The notes below the pieces were generated by a model. It was not told where the DNA came from, searched no databases, and worked only from the letters and a program-made list of their open reading frames with translations. Positions 12,823-27,038 of a stretch of 64,000 bases of DNA are shown here, one piece after another. The first letter of the stretch is position 1. Each line of letters opens with the position of its first letter. Origin of the DNA: Adineta vaga (taxonomy: Eukaryota; Animalia; Rotifera); assembly GCA_021613535.1 (NCBI GenBank), contig CP075495.1, forward strand, positions 16,120,001 through 16,184,000, given 5' to 3'. Position numbers and translations under genes: made by a program.

Positions 12823-13227
12823 ATGCCTAAAGTAAGTCGATGTTCTCAGCGATGTGGATTTAATGGTGCTGCTTCAAACGGAAGTAGGGCTGATGGTGCT
12901 CGTGGTGAAGCACGGACCAATGCTCAATACAAGAAGGTTCGTATTGAGCATAACAAGTTGGTGATCTTGTACGAACATCGTAAAGACGATGATGGTCATG
13001 CAAGCTTTACTCGTCTACACATTAGTAGACGAGGAGCACTTGGTCCACCACCACCGCGACCACCACGAGCACCAGTAACAACTGCTGGAAATAATCAACA
13101 GCAGAATGGACATCAGGCAACAACCGTGGTCATTAACAATGATCATGGTGGTATAACACTCGATGTTTCGTCGAGAAAAAACGAACATAATTCGTTGGAC
13201 ATCACTATCACGAATGGTGGTAGTTAA
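12823..13227 (+). CDS. Hypothetical small basic protein (134 aa, Pro/Asn/Gln-rich C-terminal half)
   Basis: GC-elevated open frame from aaaATG at 12823, TATAAA at about 12768 and AATAAA at about 13407. No recognisable domain. Confidence 0.5.
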   Translation: MPKVSRCSQRCGFNGAASNGSRADGARGEARTNAQYKKVRIEHNKLVILYEHRKDDDGHASFTRLHISRRGALGPPPPRPPRAPVTTAGNNQQQNGHQATTVVINNDHGGITLDVSSRKNEHNSLDITITNGGS

Positions 13228-13511
13228 TTTTTTTGTTTTTTTTTCTGTTCTTTGTTCGTTATGCTTGTGCGAGTGGTAGTGCCGCTTATCATTTTTGTAT
13301 TAGATAGTTTTTTTTGCAACACGTGCATGTGCTTTGTCTTCATTGAAGAATGAAGACATTCTAATTTTGTTTTGTTTTTTTCTTGTTTGATTTATTTTAA
13401 TCCAGCAATAAATATCTTTCTTTCTTCAATATAAATTCTTATTATTTTCAATATTGTTGAATCATATAAATGAATAGATGTTAATCATACCTTTTTGGCA
13501 GACTTGATAAT

Positions 13512-13856
13512 AATAATTGAGATTGTATTTTGATTATCATAATGAAAGAATAAGATACATATTGTTTTTGGATATAGACAATATGATTCTCATCTAAAAG
13601 AAAGGAGAAAATATTTCATTTTCTTTACAATACAAAATATATTACTCTTGATAATTGATTGTGGGCCTCAATTATAATGAATCAATAATTGAGATTGTAT
13701 TTTGATTATCATAATGAAAGAATAAGATACATATTGTTTTTGGATATAGACAATATGATTCTCATCTAAAAGAAAGGAGAAAATATTTCATTTTCTTTAC
13801 AATACAAAATATATTACTCTTGATAATTGATTGTGGGCCTCAATTATAATGAATCA
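13512..13856. repeat. Exact tandem duplication, 172 bp x 2
   Basis: The unit aataattgagattg...aatgaatc starts at 13512 and again at 13684. Confidence 0.9.
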
Positions 13857-14231
13857 AATTGATTGTCGACTTTTTAGATTTGCTTATATTGTGTTCGAAC
13901 TACTATTAAAGAATAAAACAATGAGAATAACAATTTATCATAATAGAAACTATTTACTCAATAATTTTGAACATTACTTTTTGATTGGAATATTCTTTGA
14001 AAGATGGTTCAGAATCGTAAAAATGGATTTCGAATGAATTAAAACTAAGTTAAAATGAAAATGACACTGTAACATAATCTATTTTCAGACAAATTCCATC
14101 AAAATGATTAAATTCATTGAAAAATTCAATTTAATTATGTTTTAATCGAATTTAGATGATATTTTGCTGCATAATATATAATATATTGAAGTAGTTTGTA
14201 TTGTTGATCTAGAATAGAATAAAGAAATATA

Positions 14232-17200
14232 AGATGCACGCAAAGCAAAAATAAAGTAAAAAAATTTTTTCTTTGATTTTCATACACCATTCGATAGAGA
14301 ATTTGATGGAGATCAAGAATATGTATGTCTTGCATTTTCTCAAACCTTCTTTTCCAGTGAAAAATTGAAAAAACTCAGAAGGTGTCGAAAACGGGTGATT
14401 TCGCAACTTTTCATAGATCACTCTTTTTTTCAAATATGTTACAAGTTGGAATCTTCTAACTCAGTTTTTCTGATAGATCATACAAAACTGAATAAGAAAC
14501 TGTTTTTAAATAATATTTAGAACAAAACATTGGCTCACAAAATAGTTTCCCAAGACCAAGACTCAGAAACGAGAACTTAATTTTGCAAGTCTATCACAGG
14601 TTTTTTGAGAAATGTTAGAGCCAATATTTTGACATGGTTAGATTGGTTAGATGCATAGCTACAAAGTTACGAAGAGTTTCAAAATCACATTTCCTCGCTG
14701 AGAAAATTCGATTTTACTGGGGACCCTCAAAATCGGTCAGGTAATTTTTTCTCGTTTTTTTGTATTCTCTTTCAACATAGTCAAAATATACTCAAATGGG
14801 TTAAAATTGATGCCCAATCTAGCAGATATACTCTAAGGATCTTTACAAAGCTTTTAAAAGGTTTTTGGAAGGTTTTTGAGCTAGTAACTATTAGTTTCTT
14901 GCCTTTCAGACTACATAAATGCAAATAAAGGGAAAACAAAACATTCTCTGTTCGTTAAAGTATCTACTGGCAAATTTATTCTAACATAGCCACAATGAAA
15001 ATCACAGATGATAAGAAAAAGAAAAACTTATCATTTTAAAATCACAAACTAAACGTTTAAACTAGTATTACTAATTCGTGTATGACTTTTGACTGTTCCA
15101 TCGCATTTAGGACTAAAGAACATCTTCATTACTTCTGCATACGACTGACCATCCTTATAAGCCGATAAACATTTCCAAAATCTTCGTAATAATTTCAAAT
15201 GAATTTCCTTATCTCGAAAGTTTTCACGTGATTCAATGATGAGCTTGAGCATAGTATTATACGTTTGATCAGTTTTTCGACGAACATACATTTTTTGTGA
15301 GCCCCATAAACCTTCAATACAATTAAGTTCGCAGTGAAACTTAGGACAAAATTTTATTGTAACACCATACTTTCTAGCTAACTGTTCTAACCGAGAAACC
15401 TGCAGATGGTGAAGCATATCATTAATTTAAGAAGGTTTAGTACAGTATAAAAGCTCACCGTGTTAAATGCCGGATGATCGGACAATAGTGCTCGTAGATC
15501 CTCCAGTTTAATCTTGGATGGCACTGTCACTTTCAATTCCTTAGCAATATACAGAAGACCTTTGCTCCTTCCATTGTCTGGTCCACTTTGAAAATAACAG
15601 TTTAAGATTTGGTTTTGTCCTTGTGCATCTGTATACTCAATTTTCTCCACCTTACAACTAGTTCCAATCGATTTGCCGAAGTCCAATAAACTATGTGACT
15701 TTGCTGAGTGTGTTCGTGCATTGTCAACAATAATTTCAATCATGTGATCTTTATACTGCTCTTTAAATTCTAACAACTGGAATAATCTTTCAAATTGTTC
15801 TAGTATAGTAGCATTATCAAAGTAGTTATCTTGACCAACATTAATTGAACCTGTAGCACTTCTGTCGACGTAGGTAATGCCTTTATCTTCTGCTAACTAG
15901 AACGTGGTGAGAAAAGAAAGAGAAATTATGTATTGGTACAAAAGCATTTGACGAACTACTCACTTGAGGATAGTTAACTAGAGCTTTTTCATATTCAGTT
16001 TTAGAAAGACTGAAGAATGGGCCAGAAGGATGTTGCACCAAGAAATCACTAATCATGTTCGATCGACCTCTTCCTTTTGAGTGAAATGGAGCTTCTGTTC
16101 CGAAAAACCATCGTTTTGCAGATACCTCTCCCGAACGAAAAGTACTTTCATCATGAACTAAAATTAGATAGATATTAAACTGCGAGTTTTATAATTAATT
16201 TCGAGAACAACGCTTACAAAGTAAAATACATGGCGGATTTTGAGTTCGTAGTGTCCATATGGGTTTATCATCTTTAGAGACTCGGTAATAATAATCCTTT
16301 CGATCAAGAAAATAGTCGATGAACTGTTGACGATGTTCGATAACGTCTGGACGTTCATGCCCTTCGAAATACGGTCGTTGGGAGTTCTCTTTGAATCGAG
16401 CGCCCCAACGACGTAAATCCAAACGACATGAAGAAACAGATCGAATCAAAACCCCGCCATCATTCTTTGTTAAGTTTGTCATATTGTAATACCTTGTATC
16501 GATGAAATTTGCTAAATCAATGGCTGTGAAATCGGCAGACTTCTGAGAACATCGTTCAAGTGTAAATTGTTTAGCTTCAATTTCGATTTCTGGGAAATAA
16601 TCATAAAATTCAGCGTTGTGCTTACCACCACGATTTTCACCTTGAAATTCCTCGAAATCACCAGAAATAAATATTTGTGACCATTTGTGTGCCGTCTGAG
16701 CTTTTAATGATCCAATATCACGTAAGAAATCATTACAATCATTCCAAGAAACCCCAAAACGTTTCAACGACATATAAAGTAATACGCTGAGGTATTTTAA
16801 TGGACATTGAGCTCTACATAGTTCAAATAAATCAGTAATATTACCTATTGTAAATTTCTCGTTGAAATCTGATGGTTCTTCATCGCTGAAATCATCGATT
16901 TCCGTGTCAGTTTGCTCGGAGGAGGAGATATTGCCGATTTGATTCTTCAGATGACCTGTTAATGAACGTTTTTTGTTGACAACAGTAAGTTGTAAACGAC
17001 GCTTCGTAGGTGGAGACATAATGAAGATTAATAATAACGATAATGATGAGTAATGTAAATATTATTTCTAATGGGTTGGTTGGTGTGTAATTTAATGAAC
17101 AAATCACTTTGCTATATATAGGATCATGAAATCAGAAGAGAGAGATAGTACTACAGAGAGTGATAACAAACACCTGGAGAATATATTACGAATACACAGA

Positions 17201-17948
17201 AAGAGTGATTGCAAAGGCCTGGAATAAGTAGATCGGTATTCGATTCACAAGAATATAGCAAAAAAGTGATTTTTGAAATATAACATATTATTCAGCCAAA
17301 GTCCACCAAGAAAGTTTTCCAGAGATCCTCTCAAAATCTCTAAAGTATATTTGATGGATTAGGCATCGATTTCAACCTATTTGAGTATATTTTGACTATG
17401 TTGAAAGAGAATACAAAAAAACGAGAAAAAATCACATGATCGATTTAGAGGAGTTCCCAGTAAAATCGAGTTTTCTCAGCAAGGAAATGTAGTTTTTGAA
17501 AAAACTCTTCGTAACTTTGTAGCTATGCATCTAACAAATCGAATCATGTCAAAATATTGGCTCTAACATTTCTCAAAAAACCTGTGATAGACTTGCAAAA
17601 TTAAGTTCTCATTTCTGAGTCTTGGTCTTGAAAAACTATTTTGTAAGGCAATGCTTCGTTCTAAAAATTATTTAAAACCAGTTTCTTATTCAGTTTTGTA
17701 TGATCTATCAGAAAAACTGAGTTAGAAGATTTCAACTTGTAACATATCTGAAAAAAAGAGTGATCTATGAAAAGTTGCGAAATCACCCGTTTTCGACACC
17801 TTCCGAGTTTTTTCAATTGTTCACCCGGAAAAAAAGTTTTAAAAAACGCAGAGCACATATATTCTTGATCTCCATCAAATTCTCTATCAAATGGTGTATG
17901 AAAATCAGAGAAAAAAAATTTCACTTTATCTTTGATTTCCGTGCATCT
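14232..17948 (-). mobile_element. IS630/Tc1/mariner-superfamily DNA transposon, about 600-bp TIRs, TA TSD
   Basis: TA|AGATGCACG...CGTGCATCT|TA. Inverted arms at about 14232-14830 and 17350-17948 flank a transposase gene. Confidence 0.9.
15049..17019 (-). CDS. DDE transposase, 594 aa, 4 exons (17019-16218, 16157-15964, 15896-15459, 15399-15049)
   Basis: The splices give a continuous frame. Catalytic motifs are FHDESTF, IIVDNARTH and CPKFHCELNCIEGLW. Confidence 0.85.
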
Positions 17949-18619
17949 TAATAAAATCCCTGAAAATTTCGAAAATCAATAGAAATCACGGAAATCAAGA
18001 GCAATCGTAGAGATCAACACAAGTCACATGAATTTTTGGGAACTATATGTATCAAGTATAATGATTTCTGTTGATTCCAATAATTTCGCTTGATTTCTCC
18101 ATGATTTCTGGTTAAAAATCATTTGTTCTCCCTTGGTCAGAAATCAATTTCTTCCTCTGCATCAATGTACAATAGTATAATTAATTTCAAAGACCAGCTG
18201 TCATTTCTCATGTGTATTGTCTAACATTGAGGCAACTATTTTCTCGATTTACGATGACTATTTGTAATTACCAACATTTCATGATTACCCTTGTATTTGA
18301 TATAGATATCATTATGGTGAATAGCGTACTTAATTTTCTGACTATTTCCGACTTGTACCTGTGACTGCGGTTCCTGTCGGACCTATATTGTCGGACACCA
18401 ATAAAATCCGTGCAAAGGAACTCCTGTGTTCCTGTATGATCCGACAAGTTCCGGTAGCAGTAACTAAATGGTTTTAGCTGGGAGTCCGATATCACGTGAA
18501 ACGATAAATTCTGATCATTTCATGTCAGCAGATCACTTCAGATCTGATCAAAAACAGTTGGATATGGGAATAAAATCTGATCGACTCCTGATCTCTGAAT
18601 CTTGTCGGAATTGTAGTAT

Positions 18620-19045
18620 AAATAAAACATTAGATTTTTTCATGTCTTTTATTGAATCAATAATCTCTTCATCATTAAGATTTAGATCAAATTGTGATTT
18701 ATTATTATATAAATAATCTTTTATTGGCATTGCTTCTGGGGTATTAGTAACAGAATCTAATGAATCGGTTTCATTAAGAAAATTTGTATCTTCTATCCGC
18801 TGATCATTAATCGAAAACGTATCGATATGTTTTTCTATTGAATGTAATTTAGTTAAATGTTTTCGGTGTATATGTGATTTATATGCTGAATATGTTCGAT
18901 ATAACACATCACGCGTGCTATGCAAATCACATGTCATTTTGAATTTCGGCTCATTTTGATGGTAAAGTGTGATGTGCCGGGACATTTTAGTAAAATTTGT
19001 GAACTTTCGATTCGTCGAGCAAAGTGAACATATATATGATAACAT
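18620..19045 (-). pseudogene. Truncated C2H2 zinc-finger ORF, probably the N-terminus of a DNA-transposon protein
   Basis: CSLC...HITLYH and a degenerate C...HIHRKH finger. The frame runs into a repeat. Confidence 0.5.
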
Positions 19046-20351
19046 TAAATTTAAATCTTTTTTTTTTCAACAGTTCAAGATAAAAAGATTTATAAAATAT
19101 ATCTGTATTAAAAGAATATATGCGATAGTTTCTAATTTAGTTTTTTTACATTTGGTTAGTGACCAGACACGATGGATAAAAATATAAACAACAGCTAGTA
19201 TAGACAAATGGATTAGAAATGCCAAGAACTATTCAATTCTAACATATAGCATAAACACACACTTCTGGTTTAGTAGAGAAAAAAGTAAAAGAAAAGAATT
19301 AAACGCAAAGATACATGAATGTATCTAATTACATCAGATTACATATCGATGATTTCTATCTTATATTACGAAATGTCGGATACAATTTAAATATTTAGAG
19401 CTAAAATCAGCTTGTAAAAAGCATGCATTCTTCTAATAAATAATAACAGACTAACCTTCAATTCTAGATGAAATTACATCGTCGTCGAGAAAAGTTTTGC
19501 GCCAACGAAGAATAAAAGACAAAAAATTCTACACAAAACAATATCACTGACATTTTTCTCGTGTTTAACGGTCTATCGATACTATTTACTTCATCTAATA
19601 TTAAAGCATTTTAATAGATGGTGATACAGCGACTCGGGGATATCTTCAAAGTCATCACAGAAGATCGAACAACAGTAATTGCATTAACAATTCGAGGCAA
19701 AGAAAAGCTTCTGATCTAATTCATGTTACTTTTATTCCTCACAGCTCTATGTTGCATGATAATTGTGGGCTCAAAATCTGTTGTATCTTGATGCATTCAT
19801 AACTATTTGTCAGTTGTCAGCAATCTCGTTTGATAAAGAGTGAACATTCGTTCAAGGAAGATAAACGATTTATACCGAATACACTAAACAGTTTATTTAG
19901 TAACGCAGAGTAGTAAACCTCTTCAACGAAAGAGTACAATAATCAACTTTTCCATGTAGAACAATCAGCCCTTGTCTGTAGAATATCAAGATGGTTATTC
20001 GAAAGATATTAAATCCTTTTCAGTAAAAGAGAGTGATATACTCATCTAAACCAGACGTAGTATAATATTTCCAAATGAGGATAATAAGATACCGTTATAT
20101 TGAAAACGTGTAATAATCAACTCATATTGGTTGCACCATCTACTCTTATCTTCATAAGAAACTCTCATATAAGCATTACATATCCTTTGAACTTTTATAA
20201 ACGGAAAGTGTGATAAATGCTTGGAGTATTAAACCCTTGAAACGTTTATTGAGAAAGTTTTTAAGTGCAAGAGTAGATTACTATGCTGAATTTTTGTTCA
20301 GTGCATGAAAGAATAAAATAATGTGTAGAACGATTATCTTAACTTTTAATA

Positions 20352-21877
20352 TCATGTTTTACAGTATGTATGACACGGTAATCGTTCAACAAATACATTA
20401 AATATATTAATGAAAATAAACATTGGAATTGTTCCTATGAACAAACCTGATTGCGTACTTGTACCAAAATAAAACATGCCTTTCTCGTCTATCCATTCCA
20501 TTTTAATACGATTTCCAATTACAACGCGAACATAAGCAAGGTTGAGAGTTGTTAAAAACCATACAAGAACCATAATTATAGATCCATATATTGCATCAGC
20601 CATCCATGGACATGGACTTTGCCAAGCAATATATATATAATGAAAACTGAAAAAATAAAACCAACATTTGACATTAAGATAAGTCTAGTTGTTGATAATC
20701 TTGTCCAGCGAAGATTGAGTAAACATGCAATTGGATATGCTAATTGTGAGGTTAGATTCGAGTAATAAAATGTCTTTTGACTGAAAGGTAATAAAGAGTA
20801 GATACTTAATGGTGGTAAAAATCCATACAAAACAATTCCACAAAGAACGTTAAGGAATAAGAGAAAATAAAATATGTTTGAAGACATTTGTGAATTGACT
20901 GATGAATTAGGTGATTGAATATTATTAATCATAGGGATAACTTCACTATGTGCAACTTGAATTGATAATTTTTTATTCTTAAGTTGATTCTAAATATTAT
21001 TTTCAAATGGATTTTTATAAATGATTTATATTTTCCTTATTTACCAGCTCAGCAGCATCAGCAAGTGCAACAATATTTGTCCATCTGAGAAGTATAAAAG
21101 CGACAAATGATAAAAGAATAATACCTGCTATGTAAAATAGGAAAATAGTAGCACTGAAGCGTGGTTGAGAATAGATAGGTTCTGAAATAGTACCATTGCC
21201 AGTTGGAATACAAATAGCTTCACTACCAACTCCTTGCAATATGGCTAATAATGTCGGAAGGAGAGTTGTGAGACCATCACCCCAAAATGCAGCAGATAGA
21301 TAATGAGCACGGAATCGCTTCATATAATCAAAAAAGACCAAAGATGATGTACAATCAAGTAATGCTAAAGTAAGAATACTACCCAATAACCATACGCTTC
21401 GTTTATGACCAAACAGTACTACGGTTTTTTTGCCCTGTTACAGCCATGACACAGCATGATACAATAGCGATAATAATAATGATATAAATTTATGGAATTT
21501 CTGAAAATCGATTTCCTTGACGCCAACGTACTAATACAAGAATGAAAGGTCCAATATTCGCTGCACAGACACACAAACCCACTATTGATGGTAGTGTCCA
21601 GCGTTCAGGCGTAAGAGGAGTAATAAGTGGTAATTCTACAAATAATCCTTGTAAATCGATCCATGCACTCAAATTCATAATCACAATTAAAACAAAACAT
21701 ATTATTTGAGGCGATTTTGATGTAATATTTCTTAATATTAAAAACAAACAACATGAGACGAATTTTTCGGATAAAAGCTTCAATAAAATTAATAAGATTT
21801 ATATGAAAAGAATCTGAATTTTGCTTACCGTTTTGGTTGCTGTACATCAACAGTTTCTCGACTGTTATCGAGTTCAT
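20352..21877 (-). pseudogene. Riboflavin transporter (SLC52/RFVT family) pseudogene
   Basis: Motifs SAWIDLQGLFVELP..PERWTLPS..ANIGP, LALLDCTSSLVF, QPRFS and QSPCP. There is an in-frame TAA at 21490-21492 plus frameshifts near 21430 and 20635. Confidence 0.85.
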
Positions 21878-23100
21878 TGTGCGTATCTGATTGCATTTTT
21901 AATAAATTTAATATATCGAGTCAGCACAAAATATTTTTTGAGGTTATACTATGAGTAAGAAGTGAATATTAACCGTACTTTACACATGTGTCATGCATCA
22001 CTGAATTCATTTTCTTCACCATTTCATTAGGTTTAAATAACGAGTGTTTTCTGACAGAAATAAAGCTACAGATGTGTTCTATATGAAAAATTTGAATTTT
22101 ATGTGTCATAATCATTCTTGGGCTCGTTTAAAAAAAAATCAATCTACATCCATCCTTTAAGGAAATATCTCCCCCTTTCCGGCGTTTCTAAGAAACAACC
22201 GAGCAAAAGTTCTTCTGGACACAAGTTTGTCAGATCTCATCCGTTTGAGCTGAAATTTCTAATTTAGATAGCAGGATCCAATCGGTAGATGCTTTTACTT
22301 TATGAAAAATTTCATATAGTTTAAGCAGTAGAAGCAAAATACAGATCACGATAAAATCTCTCGGTTTTTCGGGTCCTAAAAAATTTTGTGAAGTCTGTCA
22401 AATCTGATTGGTAGGAAGTATCGACAAACAAAATCACCTTCACCCACCCTCAAGATTCGGATTCAGGACCATCGATTAGCTATGGTCCACTAGATCTCAC
22501 GTCGAAAACGATTTCCATTTCTCACATTAGTACATAAAAGATATTGCAGTTGACTGTTATCAGCGCATTCAATCTCCTTGTTGATTCAACTGTTTTATGC
22601 TCACAGAATACAAGTGCTATAGCTTCAGAAAATACAATTATTTCGAATCTGTGTGCTGTGTTCAGTTAAAAATATAGGTAACGGGTGAAGTGAATATTTC
22701 TATTAATCAAACTTGGTCGTGTTCACAATACATCCGTAGCTGGTGTTTGCGCCTATAATAAAGTCAAGATGTATATAACTAATTTATCACCATGGGTGCG
22801 TCAAAACGTATACAAAATGTACTCACAAAAAAGACGAAATACGACAATTCTATCATTTCTAAGGTTTTCGAGCGAGTACACACCTCGATATCAATACATG
22901 CATTCTCTCTTATCAGATTGAAATATATTGTTTCATTGCGAGTACAATTTGTACTCGTATCCGCGTACCCCTCTTGATCAGATATCATTGTTAATTCTTC
23001 TGTTGTATGTCCACAGACTACGTATGCTACTGCCTTGAACCAAGCTCATATTCGAATTTATGTGCTAGTGTTGAGTTGAATATCGATATTCATGACTTAT

Positions 23101-24060
23101 CCCAGGACAGACGTTTCGGACCCTTCCACACAGTTACAGTTAGATACTGACAGAACCCAACTAAAAATCTCGGGAGAATGGAAGCAGTATTCCAGACTGA
23201 AAAATCTCAGGCACGGATACAAAAGATTCCTGACAAAACTGACGACCGATTTCCTTAAAGAACCCTACCGAAACCAACTATGGAAAACAAAACATAGACC
23301 ACACTGTAAAAAAAGCGTCGAATTACAAATCCTCGAAAAGGATTGATAGTCGCGACATGAACCCTTTTTAGATTTATGAACGTAAGGTACTCTCTCATAA
23401 ACCCTTGTTTTCATGGACGTTGGTAAGGGTTTCTTATACGTTGCACTTTCATAAATCCTTTAAGGTGGATGAGCATTCATTTACCCTTAAGAGGTTTGCT
23501 CATGTACCCTTTAAGGGTATACGAAAGTGCAGCGTATAAAATACCCTTCTTATAACTTATAAGGTTAACAAACCTATAAAAAGAGTTGATTATTCTGCGC
23601 TTTTTTTTACAGTGCACTTCAGTACTTTGTCACTTATCGTATCACAAAGGAAGCTTTAGCGAACGCGCAAATGAATCATCCGGAATCCAACCACTCGGAC
23701 TTTTCCGTTCCATTCCAACCTTTTCCGGCTAGGTCCGACAGAATACAAACGGTTCCTAAAGGCGAAACCGAATAAAGCGATCTCTCCTATTCCCTTAGCC
23801 GACGCTCAGAAACTATCGGTACCAACAAAATCTAACAAAATCCTGCGTAAAGTAACCATAGATTGACCCCAATCAGACTCAGGTATATTCTTAAATTTAG
23901 ATATGAATGATAAAAAATCGGTATTCAATCCTTTCAAGAATTCTTAACAGAATTCGGTGAATACATGTACAAGCTTGGATAGGAGGGATGAAGATGAAAT
24001 TGGGAATCACTATTCCTTAATAGGATCTGTTGGTTTCCGGGCCGGATTTTCGGACCTGGG
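23101..24060. mobile_element. Non-autonomous TIR element (CCCAGG...CCTGGG, TAT duplication) with nested CACTG element at 23302-23614
   Basis: tat|CCCAGG ... CCTGGG|tat. The inner element is ca|CACTGTAAAAAAAGCG ... CGCTTTTTTTTACAGTG|ca. Confidence 0.65.
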
Positions 24061-27038
24061 TATCTATTGTTACCGTTAATACTTCTTGATCGTGTCCTGG
24101 AACAATAAATGTAACTGCTACCAATGTTAATGAGTCAGTATCTTATTGTGCTTTGAATTTGATGAACATTCATTATATTAATTAAACATTCGTATACAAT
24201 TCTATTCAAGTGTATCCTAAAGAACTCAATGTAAGTAGCAGGGAGGATAGCAATTTTGTCAATGACTGCCCAAGTGTGCCTATCTCGCTTGATGCTAACA
24301 ATGCGATGGTTTCGACATATACATCAAAATGCTCTCCGACTGTTAACGTAATGGCTACGAATGGAGCGTGGTTAATGTTTGTGCTGTTAGAATAAATCAT
24401 GCAGTTGCATCATTTAATGGCGCAATATAGTACAGAGGAACCGAGGGAAAAGAGCGGAAACCTGAATGGCATGAATTTTGAAAGATGGAGTAGTTATTGA
24501 AACTTATTGTTTTGGAATTTATGGGAATTTCTGAATAACTACCACGTCTTTTATAAGGAAAATGACTTACTGAGGATGAGAGGGCGAGAACGAGGAGTAG
24601 AATTAATGGTGAGGGTGCACTGAAATATTGATGTAGTGAATAAGTGCAAATAAATACTCTGTAGAGAATAAATCCTAATAAAAGAAATCCTAAGGACTCC
24701 TCTTCTTGCACTTACCTTAGGACGTTCATTCTCGATCTTGTTTCTGACACTCATACGCACCCACACGCCTATTTATCTTTATTCTTCACAATCCCACTCA
24801 TTCGAATTTACTATTACACATGCATAAAAAACTAGAGACATGCTCTATATGTAAGTTTATGTGTTTGTTTTTTGCAAGTTTTGTGGCATCAACTGTAGTA
24901 TGAATGTCACTCCATGTGGATGTTGTGTATACTCTCGATTTCTTGTAAATATTGTATTATCAGATTATGTAATGAGACAAGTGTATGAAACATCACATAT
25001 GTTGCGTTCATTAGTCTATGTGGACAGGGTGCATAATGTTTGAAATAATGTCAGACCAGTAGTCTAATTTATTTGCAGAAACAGGTTTGATTGGTACGAT
25101 GCATTGAGAGATGACAGTCACAGATGAATGGCTTTATAATTACCCTAGAAAATATGTTATGGTAAAGTTTATTCTATTATCTGTGTGAATAAATATAATT
25201 AGGGTAAGGAGGTGAATAAACGGACCTTTTTTCCATATCATATAAGCACGCGAAACTGCTCTACTGTGATTGAAATGAGATGTATATAGATCTACACAAA
25301 ATATTTTACTTATTAGAATTCTGTCTCTACATTGTGTGACTAATGTCATATGGTTAGAAATCGTTCTGTTTGTACAGAAAATTCAGGTTGGATATTATAT
25401 CCATCTTTCAGTTGAAGTATCGGAATTTCAAGAGTATAAAACAATCAGACCAAACAATTTATTTTTGTCTGAACTATCCAATAAAAGGTAATCTAGGTAA
25501 CTGAGAGCATACATTTTATTCAAGCCTTTCGGGGGCGATGTGATTTTGAAAAGTTTGCAAAGAGATTTACGAAACGGATTTCATACGTTGAATTAATCAT
25601 TCTTAATTAGCACATTTCCATGCGTACTCTTTCATGAAAAAGATGAGTGTAAATATCTGCGAAAAATCTGTTACGCCAAAACATGTTCCAAAAACATTTT
25701 ATTTTTATTGCTGACGAACGTTCGGAAAATAGAGTATGCGCCATTGGTGATCAACATCGTCATTAAAGGGCTAACGAAGATTCGACTTTATACTGCGGAT
25801 TATACAAAATTATTCCGATCCTTATAACAATTTAAAACGTTTTTATGCAAAACGAATTACTATTGGCTTTGTCGAAAGGAAATCCGAGGAACCTTCACGA
25901 AATTTGCGGGTTGGCGTAAAGAACTTTTGTGCATTTTCTTTTTATTGTGGTTACATAGAAAGATTCTTCTAAAATACGCGTGCAACAAGATAGAAGAAAA
26001 TACTTCAGCTTTTATGATGTTGTTAAAATATTATGATTACTATTGCAAATAAGAATAGTAAAAGTCTAGAAATGTCAGAGTGATTAAATGTACGATAATG
26101 TGTAGAGCGAGATGTTAATTTTCCAGTTCCTTTTATACATGTTTATGTTTTCTAACAGCTCTTATTATTCACTTTAGTGTGGAGATTCAGCTTATGAAAG
26201 GATAGAAGTATCGACAAATGAACAATTGTGCGTTGCTTGTTGGAACATTTCATTAGCTCGAAATTTCAAAGAATAAGATGTTCAGTATGCACGTGTCCAT
26301 ACCAAGGTGCACTTTTACTTACCTGCATATGAGTACAGAGAGGAAAAAGTTAAATATTGAAACTTTTTCATACTCCATGTGATAAAAAATACTCCTCATC
26401 GTATTGTTTCTTTAGAGAACCATGTTGATAGGTCTACCGTACAGAAAAGGACACAAATATAGCACAAGCTGATTGAAAACCTCTATTCTTCCTTCCTCCT
26501 TTTGCAAAACGACAAATAAACTTCTTAGGTACAAGTTCTAATTATAAACACCGTTGCCATATTATAACATAATTTAACAGATATGGTTGAACATATCTTT
26601 ATGTAGTAGAACCATCGTTTAACCATATTCCCGTATATGACATAATATCAATACTTTACAAATCGGCCTACTGCAACTCCGTTCCTTGCTCCAAAGAACG
26701 TATCTCGTAAAGTCAGTGTATTCATCCTTATTCTTCTTGTTATTTCATGAATGTGGAGTATATTAGAACAAGATGCAATAAACTACAACGCTCTACCGCA
26801 TTATACACAATTTCTAGTCGACTATTTATGAGTAGCATCCACGTTTTTCCTTCTGAATATTATATTAGGATATCTTGAAATGCTGGTTTACCTGGTTTTA
26901 GTCGTTATTGAGATGAAGTTGACTGCCGTTTCAATTGTATCTTCAAACCATGTGAGGCAGTTGCTATGTTTTTGTTCGCTGATATCCATGGAAAGCACAA
27001 ATCGAAAACCAAACTGTTCTGTTCAATTGTTTAGACGC

